DNA of 20,000 bases from Catajapyx aquilonaris. Taxonomy: Eukaryota. Below the pieces are notes generated by a model, which ran no database searches, was not told the origin of the DNA, and saw nothing but the letters and a program-made list of their open reading frames with translations. Shown in pieces: positions 1 to 9,965 of the stretch (its first letter is position 1; each line of letters begins with the position of its first letter). The DNA is taken from NCBI GenBank assembly GCA_000934665.2, contig KZ538078.1, positions 110,525 to 130,524 of the forward strand, given 5' to 3'. Position numbers and translations under genes: made by a program.

Positions 1-1166
1 GGAGGCTGTAATAGGCTCGTAATGTTGAATGTGGAAGCTCCTTACCCGACACAATTTCAACTTTATCCTCTAGGAACGGGGCTTACGGCTTGGGAGGCTG
101 CGGAAATGACTTAGTACCAGGTTTTGGAGCAAGTTTTCAGCTCTTCTTTATGTTATCCACGTGCTAGAATCTCGGCTGGGGTTGTGGGAAACTTATGGTC
201 AAAGTTGGGTCCGCTTGTTGCGGAAAATCACCAGGTACAAAAATGCATTTTAAAAAAGTTGTCGCGCGCAAAAAAAAATGCAGGTGTGTGAAGATGACAC
301 CAAAAAAAATTGTAAACATTAGCTTGACAGGGTAACCTCAGCTACAAAATATGTAGGGCTGAAATATCCTATTCAGACGTCAAAATGTCCATGCTAATAC
401 TCCCTTCTGCCTGGATGACAACGCCCAAGGAACAAAACTGGTTGTCGGATGTACCTGTTCCGCGCTTGGGTCTCATTTCCATGCACCACCGGCCTATATT
501 CCCTCCCACAACCCACACTTTTTTTCCCCTCCTCTCTCCACAAAGTTTGGGCCGGATCATTTTTTATCCTCCAGATAAAATATAGCGGACACACACGAGC
601 AGTCGATTTGTCTGTTCAAGCTTAACGCTCTCAGTTAATCGCCTAAAGTTAGGGGGTGGAGAAAAAAAATGGCGGCTCAGGTTCGACGTTGACATTTCGG
701 CTCAATTTTAAAGGAATCGGGTTAAAGCGTGTCGCGCTTTGTAAAGGACCGGCCGCCTTTTTATAATAGAGCCTCCATTACGGACAATGCCAGTAAACGG
801 GGTTGACTTGTGGCACCCAGCAGGGGCCGCTGCATTGATTCCCTCATCTCTTCCATTAAACAACTACCAAAAGCCCGGCTTATCTTATCTTGACCCTCTC
901 TGCCCGACTAGTCACAATCCCCCCCAACAAACACCACCGCCCTCCTCCTTTTGTTAAACGCCTTCCACGTAAACTGTTGACAAGATTAATGTGCTCCTCT
1001 GTTCTTCTGTCAACTTGCGCTCTGAATACTCTTTGTCCCCTTCCCTATTCCTAGTGTTATACACACAACGGGGGTGAAATGTCTACACAAACACCGTTGG
1101 AATCAAACAGAAAACCGTTCCAGCCAGTGAAGCTGACTCACGCATATTTTAAGCCACACATATGTA

Positions 1167-1300
1167 CAGGGTGTCGAGCAAATAGTGCGAAAATATGGAA
1201 TATGAGCAGTTTATCAACAATATGTCGTGTTGTCCTGACCTACCAGGAAAGAGCCTGCTTCTGATAACCTAGTCTGGATGTTCTTCATTACGTGTATCCC
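1167..1300 (+). mobile_element. Possible left end of a Tc1/mariner-type element
   Basis: TA|CAGGGTGTC terminus as in MITEs 1-3. Only a very degenerate candidate right end near 1549-1575. Confidence 0.3.
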
Positions 1301-1697
1301 ACGTTGTTTCTTGGCACAGTCGAACATGTCTAATTGTCACATAATAGGTGCCGCGAAGGTCAAAAAATCGTGTCATTTCAAGCAAGAAATTTATGACTAT
1401 TTTTTTAGCGTTACAGGGAGCAGTCATGAATGAAATATTTCAAAGTGTACAGAGTTATATCAACAGTTGAAATTATTCGGTCGGCAAGGTGACACATAGT
1501 TTACAGTAGTCTATAGTTATACAATGGGACTGTCCGCAGTGGTCCAGGTTTTCGCTTATTTTAAGCAAACAGCTGCTTTTATATATACGGCATAAAAATC
1601 AGGCACTAATTGATTATAGAGGGTTTTTTTATTACTGCAGGTGGGTATATGATGAAAAATGAACCCTTGACCTCAGCTTGAAAGTTGCCCTTATGTC

Positions 1698-1778
1698 TTG
1701 AACTCGGAAATCAATTGCAGTAATATATTAAGTCTGACGAGGGGCGTGGCCATACCATCTCTGAGGTTCCGAGTTCAA
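1698..1778. repeat. 12-bp perfect inverted repeat (possible small MITE)
   Basis: TTGAACTCGGAA (1698-1709) / TTCCGAGTTCAA (1767-1778) around a GGGGCGTGGCC core. Confidence 0.55.
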
Positions 1779-3357
1779 TCCCCGGATAGGATAGAGATTT
1801 TTCTCGTGTAGGGAAAGAGTTTCAATATTAGTTGGTGTGATTTTTCTCGTCCCCTCGCCCTTTTTTCATTAAAAAATATATCCACAACGATTAAATGAAG
1901 TTTAAATGAGATTCCATAAATGGCCACCAGGCACAAGGGATGTCCCATCATAAAATTGCAATAAGATTTCACAGCTTGAAGGATAAAATAATTCAACCTA
2001 ACATTAGCAGCTTATATTTTCGATAGCCCCGAAGAGTATACGAAAGTAAGTGCTTGAAATAAGCACTTTACGTTCATAATTATCGCTACCGACACTTAAA
2101 TTGAAATGCAACTAATATTTTGTTCTCGTGGTGGCTACCTATTCTGGTGTCCTATCCTTGTATCGCAGGTCGAATATGGTTGTCCGAATAGACAACTAGG
2201 AAAGAAAGTTACGAGGCTAGGGGTATCCGTAACTTTTACCGGCCGATGAAGAAGAAAAAAAAGTAGCAAAACGTGAAAAACAAGCTCGTCTCGTGTCTTC
2301 TTTTAACAGAACAGACAGCAAAAGGCTCGCTATAATTTCGCAAAGGGTTGTATTACTTTGAAGCCCAGAAAAAAATCTCAGGTAGAGTCCTTTACATGTG
2401 TCAAGTATTTTCCCGTAACGGTGCAACGCTTTGAGTTTGAGCTTCTAAATTAAATTCCCAACGTCTTGAGCCTCTCAATGTGCACAGAAATGACTTCCAT
2501 TCCAACCCCCCCCCCCTAACAAAGTAGGTAGACGAGTATTTTAATTCTGCGCTAATTATATTTAAAAAAGACCCAAGGGCGCATATTAGTGGCAGAAGTC
2601 TAGTCCTAAAGCCGTGCCAGTCAGCATACATAGGGAAAAAAAAATCGCTGTAGGCCGATCCGTAGATACGCATATAACTTGAGCCCCATGGGCTCCAAGC
2701 CTTGTTGAATAAGGCAGAGTAGACAAAGTTCTAGAAGCTCAACGCCTGTAGCCTGCAATCTTACCCCGACTACCATTATTAGAAATTAAGAAAAGCTCTA
2801 GGGAGCGATGAACTTTGGCACAAGAATGGTAGCTTCTCCTGCTTAAAATTGCTACGGTTATCGCAAAAACAGTTTTTGCCCGGCAACTCCTCACGTTAGA
2901 CCTCGTTACACCTTTATATCCTAAAATTCCATCCGTATCAACTCCCGAGCTATAAGGCCAATTTCCCAAATGCACCTAATTGGTGACATAACAGCATCTA
3001 TAGGTCCCCCTAGGCTTACTAGCGAAAACAATATAGCGCTGAGAAAATGCATTGCCAATGTGTTAAAAATGCAGGCTGTATCCAAAGCCGTTAAATTGAC
3101 AAACGCACCTTCGGCAAGCAATTAACAGGCTCCTAATTACACATCCGTTGCAATGAATCGGCTTTTCTTGTGTGGGGAGAGATGGGGGGGGGGGTGCAAT
3201 CTTGAAAATTGGCCGTGGGTTGCTTGGCGAGTCTATGCATCCAGACTTTATAGTACTGGGCCGGCTCCTATTTAATTGTCTATTATTTGAATGCCTCCAT
3301 TCCCAGGTGAATGCCTATTAATAATAATTGAGCAGTGGAAAAGCACACTCCAACGCT

Positions 3358-5005
3358 TGACAGCCATGTTCAAAACGTCAGACCAGAACCGTACAGGTAG
3401 GATGCCGAACGAATTGCAAGTCCGAAAAATTTTGGCCCCATTCCAGTTATGTCAGTTTTCAACCAAAAAAAAAGCATACACCTGCAATAAACCCTCAGTT
3501 CAACAATGGCCTCTCCCAAAATGTCACACATTTCTGTCACACTTTAGTCTCCCTCTGGGAATGCGGTTATGACTCGTCCACTAACGTTGCACACTACCCC
3601 TACCGTTAAAATTATGTCACGCCTTTACCTGTCACAACCTAATTACGTAGTGCTCAGCCAGTATTCAAATGAAATCTGTCGCGCCCAATTCGGTCCGCTT
3701 TAAAGTCCAGGCCGGGTATGACCCCTTTTTCCGCGCTTTTTGTACCGCAGGCTCAAGGGCGCAATGCTTGTCCAAGAGGAAAATTTTCCCCAATTGCTGC
3801 TTCCGGATTGCGTGCTGGAATAAATGGTTCGATTTTGCCCATGACAACTGTTGAACATTTGCCTCGGTTCGGGCCCAGCTCTTTCTACTTTTTTTTTTCT
3901 GACTGCCACTACCATCAATCGATTTTCATTGCCTTGTAAGACCACGACCGGCTTGCTGCCACAAGTAACGCCCAGTATTGGACCCGGTTACATGTTCATC
4001 CAGATCGACGCAACTCTAATGTCATCCATATGTCAATCGCGCGCTCTGTTTGCCCTCACTCATGCTGCGGCGTCAACACTGACGACACTTGGAAAAATTA
4101 CAATGCATTTACGTTTTGATTGACACCCTGGGTTCATAAATCATGCCCGGCATATTCTGCCCCTAACTTGTGTAAATTTGTACTGAAGGGAAATAGAATT
4201 ATGGCGTACAAATGGCAATGGATAATAATTCTGCACCGCTTCGATTGCCGATATAGCGATTTTTTTTCAGTCCATATGAATGGGTCCATATTGTATGCAG
4301 CTTCCGGTCTGGAAATTCGTCCAATAATCAATCGCCATAATTCTTTACTCTGACAGATTATGGCAAGTATTTGGCTCAAACTTTGAAAAGGGGATGTCCT
4401 CTAAAACGTCGCGACAGTCTGACACAACGTCCCGTGCGGGAATCCCAGATCTGGCCCAATTCCCTTCAATAACACAGTTCTATACTTAGCGCGCATCAAG
4501 ACGAGACGTATATGTCAAGGTCACCCAATTTGACACTGACCTTTAAGCATGAGAGCCAGGAGCAATCCCAGGTTGACCAGGACGCCTTTCCTCTCCATAA
4601 CTTGCACCTTGACGGAAGATATCGATGAATATCAGGAAATGTCGTCGGCTGTCAAAAAGTCCGCAATATTAAGCCACCTCTGGCCCAACAAAATGATGCC
4701 ACCAGCGCCGATGTAATGACAACTCGGGGAAAAAGTTCGGAGCAATAGTAGTAATCCCGGAGCCGCACTATAGCCAGCAGGAGTGGAAGTTCTCACGTGA
4801 CGTCCGCACTGCACGAATCCATGAATGAAACTGGCGCAGTCGCTCGCTCGCTAGCTTCATGCGGCCGGCCAGCCTGCCTGCCTGCCTTTCCCCAAAAGAG
4901 CGCCGCCAGGAGGCTCCCAAGCCTCAGGCCCGGACTCTCACGCGGCACAGGTAACACCAGACCACGGTCGCACCAGACACATGTGTATTTCCTTCTCAGA
5001 TGTCA
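3358..5005. promoter_or_regulatory. Putative enhancer region with clustered TALE (TGACA) and Exd/Hox-type sites
   Basis: 17 TGACA/TGTCA sites by manual count, TGATTGACA at 4117-4125, TGATTTATG (minus) at 4135-4143. CpG-rich with no recognisable TE. Confidence 0.5.
4795..4956 (+). promoter_or_regulatory. Possible core promoter / first exon ending at a splice donor
   Basis: Overlapping E-box/CRE-like CACGTGACGT, Inr-like GCAGTC (4836-4841), GC-rich leader, donor CAG|GTAAC at 4950/4951. Confidence 0.35.
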
Positions 5006-5477
5006 GATCAGATGGGAATGGGCGGAATCGGGCCATCTCCTTGGCAACAAGTTACACCTGTCGATATAAGAAAATGCATCATATTGCCAATATACATAGG
5101 AAAAGAAGCACTGAAGCACACCCTTTACCTAGCCTGGGCTCATCCCGATTGCAATCCGATATCATCTTTATCATTCTAGCTACTGTATTATGTAATGGGG
5201 CGTCCCATTAAAATCCATTGCTGGCACCGGTGGTCAATGAAATTATACCATATGAAGACCTGAAGTGCAAAATGATTATTAGAGACACACTTTGGTCTAA
5301 CTTGAAGCATTGTGAAATATAATCCTTGCCACGTACTGTACTGTACAGTGCTTTCTGACTGTGAGAGTCATATCAAGCCAGTCTACGAGATAGTATTTTC
5401 ATAAAGAAATTCTATAGTCCCCTTACAGTGAGGTATAATGCAAATTCAAGCCCTCGTACCTCCAAATTAGCCAATTT

Positions 5478-5826
5478 GGGGGGGGGGGGGGGGACGGTGG
5501 CCGAGATGGTAACGTCTCGGCTTGCTATGCGAAAGGTCCCGGGTTCAAATCCCCACCCGGGAGCAAACCTTTCGCTTGCGTCATTGGGTCGTGACCCGCG
5601 CCTAAGGAGGCGTCTTGGCAACCTGACCTCCTGGGGGACTGCACCTGGCCCACCGTTGGACAATGCACCTGCACTTGTGTCCCCTCCCCAAATCCCCCCC
5701 CTTACCCAATTTCCTAGTATTCCTTGCACCGGAGATCGAAGAAAAAACCATTAGAAAAACTGAATGGTGGTAGACCACCCCCTATAACGACCAAGAGGTT
5801 GTATCACGGGGTAAATGAAAAAAAAA
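5478..5826 (+). mobile_element. Full-length tRNA-derived SINE (family A)
   Basis: A box TGGCCGAGATGG (5498-5509), B box GGTTCAAATCC (5542-5552), A-rich tail, TSD TAGCCAAT (5468-5475 / 5827-5834). Body is homologous to copies at 8686-8967 and 9581-9965. Confidence 0.92.
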
Positions 5827-5864
5827 TAGCCAATCTGAGCATTCTACATTATTTTTAGGTCTGA

Positions 5865-6023
5865 GGCTGGGTTGCACCGGCTCCCTGAAAATTTATCCGG
5901 TCTAAAAAGAGCCAGGATAGTTTTTCATTCATTGTTGTCAACAATGATGTCAACAATGAATAACAAACTATCCTGGCTCTACTTCGGCCAGGCAAATTTT
6001 CCGGGAGCCGGTGCAACCCAGCC
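5865..6023. mobile_element. Palindromic MITE, PIF/Harbinger (Tourist-like)
   Basis: Perfect 21-bp TIR GGCTGGGTTGCACCGGCTCCC / GGGAGCCGGTGCAACCCAGCC. The element is nearly palindromic throughout and is flanked by TGA / TTA (degenerate 3-bp TWA TSD). Confidence 0.85.
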
Positions 6024-6118
6024 TTAGTGTAACTTACTTATTATCACAGTATTATTTTTATCAGTTGCATAAACACACTTTCCTACACGTTTTATTTCAT
6101 CTAATATTAGCAGTTAAA

Positions 6119-6177
6119 ACGACTTATAGTAATGTTGTATCACGGGGTAAATAAATAAATAAAATAATTAATAAATA
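6119..6177 (+). mobile_element. Extremely 5'-truncated family A SINE (tail only)
   Basis: GTTGTATCACGGGGTAAAT is identical to the 3' end of the 5478 SINE and is followed by a (TAAA)n tail. TSD AATATTAG(C/G)AGTTAAA at 6103-6118 / 6178-6193. Confidence 0.8.
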
Positions 6178-6343
6178 AATATTAGGAGTTAAACTGCTAA
6201 GCATCTGCTATAAGCTGTAATAAAGAGATTAGTACAAAAACACGCTAACTGAATTATTGTGAACAGGACCATTGCATTGGGAGACACTGTATAAAGCCGT
6301 TCGGTATCTTCATTTTCTCTTTTAATACAGGCCCAGAGTCTCC

Positions 6344-6882
6344 CTCTTTTGCAATTATAGCTTTTTTCACTCACACTGTCGTGCACAAGTTACACCAAAG
6401 GTCTTAGTGCCAGGAGTAAAATAAGCGTCCTTCCGATTTCCTATCTTATTTGATAACATTCTTCGCAAAATTTTCACACTTCAAATGGACACTCTTTTGC
6501 AATTAAAGCTTTAACTTTTTTCATTCACACTACCTAATGACACTTTATAATAATTGATATTAAGGAGGTTGGCCCAGCATTGCCTTTCAACCTCCAAGGA
6601 TATGGAAGGAAGGAAGCGGTTGTGGCCTATTATACGGAAGCAACCCCGGAATTATCCTAGAAAGACCGTGGAAAACCACAGAAAACCATGGTCAGGGTTG
6701 CCGGCCCCGGGATTCGAACCCAGGACCTCGCGATTAGCAGTCGGACTACCTAATGACACTATCGCCCACCAATTACACCAAAGCAAAGGTCTTACAATCT
6801 TACAATTGTTAGTGCCCAGAGTAAAATAGGATTCTTCCCGATTTCTTTATTTGATAGTTGTATTCTTTGCCAATTTTAGACT
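6344..6882 (+). repeat. Diverged tandem duplication of a ~140-bp unit; second copy split by a SINE
   Basis: CTCTTTTGCAATTA..CTTTTTTCA.TCACACT..TTACACCAAAG..GGTCTTA..GAGTAAAATA..CCGATTTC..TTATTTGATA occurs at 6344-6480 and again at 6492-6544 plus 6761-6882. Confidence 0.75.
6545..6744 (-). mobile_element. 5'-truncated tRNA-derived SINE (family B head/body) with an alternative 3' tail
   Basis: 16-bp TSD ACTACCTAATGACACT (6529-6544 / 6745-6760). Minus strand reads CCGACTGCTAATCGCGAGGTCCTGGGTTCGAATCCC (B box), then GGTTTTCTGTGGTTTTCC...AGGCCACAACCGCTTCCTTCC as at 12597 and 14271. Confidence 0.9.
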
Positions 6883-6960
6883 TTTTCTCATCGAAAAAAG
6901 GCTTATAGAACGGATCTGTCCGTCCGTCTGTCTGTGGACTTGTATCAGGTTTTCTGGGTT
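6874..6960 (+). mobile_element. Possible Helentron-associated (DINE-1/HINE-like) element end
   Basis: T-run, short palindrome CTTTTTCTCATCGAAAAAAG, then a GTCC/GTCT microsatellite (TGTCCGTCCGTCTGTCTGT), the layout typical of HINEs. Other end not found. Confidence 0.4.
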
Positions 6961-7827
6961 TACTCTATCCGCACAAGTCTACTTTAGAGGAGTTCGAAAT
7001 TACTGTAGTTTCCGTGGATTCCTGATCAAGTGTGTCGGGGATTTACCCAGGGTTTTTACCTGGCTCTCTGGCACAGGGGTTGTGGAATTAATTCCTGACG
7101 TTGGACATGATTGAGATGCGCATCCTAGGCTGCCATGATGTTATCGCCCAGGCCGATACTGGAATCGAGGTTACGATATCGGTATCGCTATATCGATTCA
7201 CATGCTCATAATAATTGAAAGAATTAGAAAAAGGTCTCATCGAATCACGCTGGCATGATTTGCCCATCTTGTTTCATACTTCAAATGACCAAAGAAGGCT
7301 TTGTGATTTTTAACACATTTACGCCAATGAGACAAGACGTCCAATTTTTAGAGTTGCGCATATTGAATAATGAATAGTACTTGAAATGAATATATATATG
7401 ATTAGTGCGTACGCATTACTATGGTTGCCCGATGTATACCACAGTACAGTACTATAGCTTATTACCGCAGAGAAGCTATATACTACACGGTGCAACATGA
7501 ATTGAGAAATCAGCATTTTATTTAATGTTACTCATAAAAATCACATAATATGAAATACCGAACCCGTATGAAATACCGTACTTTGATCCAAGTACGTACC
7601 AAGTACTTCAAAAATTCATAAGCTGGCAGGTAATGGCACATTGACACTAACTACATGCAATAAGCACAGTCGGCAGAATCACTTAGGATTGGTGACATCC
7701 GTGGTAAAGGTGTCATACATCGAAGTTTGTAAACTCCCCAGCAGAGGGCTACTTTCCACTTTGTCATGTGTTTTCAAGAAGTCCGTACTGCTAACAGTAA
7801 GACCGGTGCAGCCTAAATGAAGGTGCA

Positions 7828-7874
7828 GCTAAATGAAGGTGATACAGACTGTGTCTGTATCACCTTCATTTAGC
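7828..7874. repeat. Perfect 22-bp inverted repeat with 3-nt loop
   Basis: GCTAAATGAAGGTGATACAGAC-TGT-GTCTGTATCACCTTCATTTAGC, preceded by a tandem copy of GGTGCAGC(C)TAAATGAA. Confidence 0.95.
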
Positions 7875-8391
7875 ATGCAATGATGCAAGGATTCGTAGTA
7901 CATTTAAGTTAGTTGCCGTTCCAGGCATATGTAAGTCACTAAATCATTTTTATCAGGAATTGTGAGGGAAAAAGTAGGCCTAATCAAAAAAGTTGTAGTG
8001 AAGTGCTGGGGTTACTTTGGTCCAGAATATTCTTGGATCAAAGAAGCACCAAGACTCCTTGTACAATGTACATTATGGCCATGTCTCTGGCTACAGTCAG
8101 TGAGTTCAAAAAGTGTCTCCATCCCATTACCAATGCAGTACCATACCAGTAGCAGTTGTACTAATATATTTGATTATTCAGACGAAATATCATTTTAAAA
8201 ATACCGCTTCTTCAGACAAATGAATCGGTGATTTTGAAAAGGGCAATATTCTTTTTTTTTGTCAAAATGAACTGCTGATGCAGAAGTATCATTTGCTTGG
8301 GAATGCATCGAATGAGATTGTAAACGGGATCATTCCATACACCTGTCATGGTGAACTGATGCCTGAGTTTGAAAAGGGCAATATTCCGTGA

Positions 8392-8634
8392 CTACTCTCA
8401 TCCTCCTATAAGCTTCGTAAGGTACAACTGCCACCTGAAATGCCAAGCACCACAGCCTATGAAGGGGGGGGGGGGNNNNNNNNNNNNNNNCCAATCAAGT
8501 CTCAAAAGTCTCAAAGGCTAGAAGACATATCCAAGGTGATAAAGTGTGTAGATTAAAACTACATCACCTTTTATGATGATATCATGACTTGGCAGACTGA
8601 AGAGAAAGAAAGTGACTCTGAAAAAGAGGACTGA
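8392..8634 (+). pseudogene. C-terminal transposase remnant (Sola-like)
   Basis: Reads LLSSSYKLRKVQLPPEMPSTTAYEG-[N gap]-PIKSQKSQRLEDISKVIKCVD*NYITFYDDIMTWQTEEKESDSEKED*. The AY..PI..K..D...FY pattern resembles Sola transposase C-termini. Internal TAA at 8554-8556; lies between the TIRs. Confidence 0.65.
8476..8490. other. Assembly gap (15 N) after a poly-G run
   Basis: Seen directly. Confidence 1.
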
Positions 8635-8685
8635 TAACACTGTGATCATCTCAGGTTTGTACGAGTACGTTTCAAATCAAATAAT

Positions 8686-8967
8686 TTTTTTATTGTACCC
8701 CGTGATGACCCTTATGGGTTCTACAGGGGGGTGGGGGTACACCTCCATTTTTCCTCAATTTTCTAAGTTAACTTCACTCCGGTGCAGAAAACAAGGACTT
8801 GGGGAAGGATTGGGATTTTTTGGGGAGGGAACATGGGTGCAAGGTGCAATGTCGTAGCCATGGGTCATGACGTCATGTGCTGTTCCCCAGGAGGTTAGGT
8901 TGCCAGACACCTCCTTGGTGCAGGTCAGAGACCCTCCTGACGCAGGCGAAAGGTAACTCCCAGGCGG
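8686..8967 (-). mobile_element. 5'-truncated family A SINE nested in the Sola element
   Basis: 12-bp TSD AAATCAAATAAT (8674-8685 / 8968-8979). Highly similar to the 9581-9965 copy but lacks the tRNA head. Confidence 0.92.
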
Positions 8968-9580
8968 AAATCAAATAATGTGTACACAATACAACTCCTT
9001 TACATATGCATTGTACATTGATTTTGAAAAGGGCATTAGTCCAACAATTTGAATTCCATATTTCAACAATGTGAATCGATGGGTGGGTAACAGGGGAGTG
9101 CGGTGTAATGCACTGTGACTTTCACAATAAAACTGCTATTCCACATTTTTGATAGAGAGCACCATTTAAATAATATTCAGTTTTTCTTGTGTCCTGAAAA
9201 AAAAAGGGTTAGTGGAATCTTGCCCTTTTCAAAATTACCGATTCAAATATATAGCCTACTGCTGCTGTTTTGAATTTATATCCGAGGGACTCACATCTCC
9301 AAGATGTACAAGTACACATGTCTCAGCCTATGAATTATCTGGACCAGTGTTACACTCAATGAGGTTTAATTCAACCATGGACATTTTTCCAAGGGATTCA
9401 TCATACAGGACTAAAGTACCCCCACCCCATGGGGCTTATTTAGTCCCACTTAGCCATTTTCTGTACAGTGTTATATAATCTACACTGCACGAACAATAGT
9501 GCACAAGTGTTTCTAACTTGTTCAATAATGGTGCATAATTTTTTTAAGTTCGAAATTGCAATAGTAAGGGAGATATTAAT

Positions 9581-9965
9581 TTTTTTATTATTATTTATTT
9601 ATTTTACCCCGTGATGTCCCTATAGGGCTATAGGGGGGTGGCATACCACCATCAGTTTTCTGTATTTATTTTCACTTCATTCTCCGGTGCAAGGAAACAG
9701 GGACAATGGGAAAGGATAGGGATTTTTGGGGAGGGAACATGGGTGCAAGGTGCAATGCCGTAGCTATGGGTCATGTGCTGTTCCCCAGGAGGTTAGCGTT
9801 AGGTTGCCAGACACCTCCTTGGTGCAGGTCAGAGACCCTCCTGACGCAGGTGAAAGGAAAGTTCCCCAGGCGGGGATCGAACCTGGGGCCTTTCACTCAG
9901 CAAGCCGTCTCGGCTTGCTGAGTGAAAGGCTGAGTGTTACCATCTCGGTCACCACACCTCCCCGA
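9581..9965 (-). mobile_element. Full-length family A SINE with an inverted duplication in its tRNA head
   Basis: TSD AGATATTAAT (9571-9580 / 9966-9975). Minus strand A box TGACCGAGATGG, B box GGTTCGATCCC, and (TAAA/TAA)n tail. Confidence 0.92.

Larger units (their letters stand above)
8222..9244 (+). mobile_element. Internally deleted Sola1-type DNA transposon
   Basis: 30-bp TIRs (8222-8251 / 9215-9244, 28/30 match) and a 4-bp TSD AAAT (8218-8221 / 9245-9248) fitting the Sola1 AWWT preference. Internal copies of TTTGAAAAGGGCA at ~8368 and ~9023. Transposase remnant inside. Confidence 0.8.

Noticed and set aside
1705..1750. CTGACGA with upstream GAAA (also CTGAAGA..GAAA at 8597) as hammerheads
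   Set aside because: The required stems cannot be formed.
2048..2236. Small hairpins AAGTGCTT/AAGCACTT and AAAGTTACG/CGTAACTTT
   Set aside because: 8-9 bp stems are expected by chance, with no supporting context.
5490..5560. SINE heads (also 9870-9965, 12597-12660, 14420-14490, 16577-16650, 18440-18510) as real tRNA genes
   Set aside because: They have A/B boxes but no clean cloverleaf, and each continues into a SINE body, most with a tail and TSD.
5598..5640. Short matches to 7SL RNA (GCCTAAGGAGG, CAGGTTGCC)
   Set aside because: Matches are short, out of order and on opposite strands.
7931..8156. GTAAGT..TTTATCAG mini-intron followed by an open frame
   Set aside because: The intron would be only ~26 nt and the peptide is unrecognisable.
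8925..8956. Hammerhead-like CTGACG...GAAA in the antisense of SINE A
   Set aside because: Core is CTGACGC rather than CUGANGA, and stem III/UH pairing is absent.
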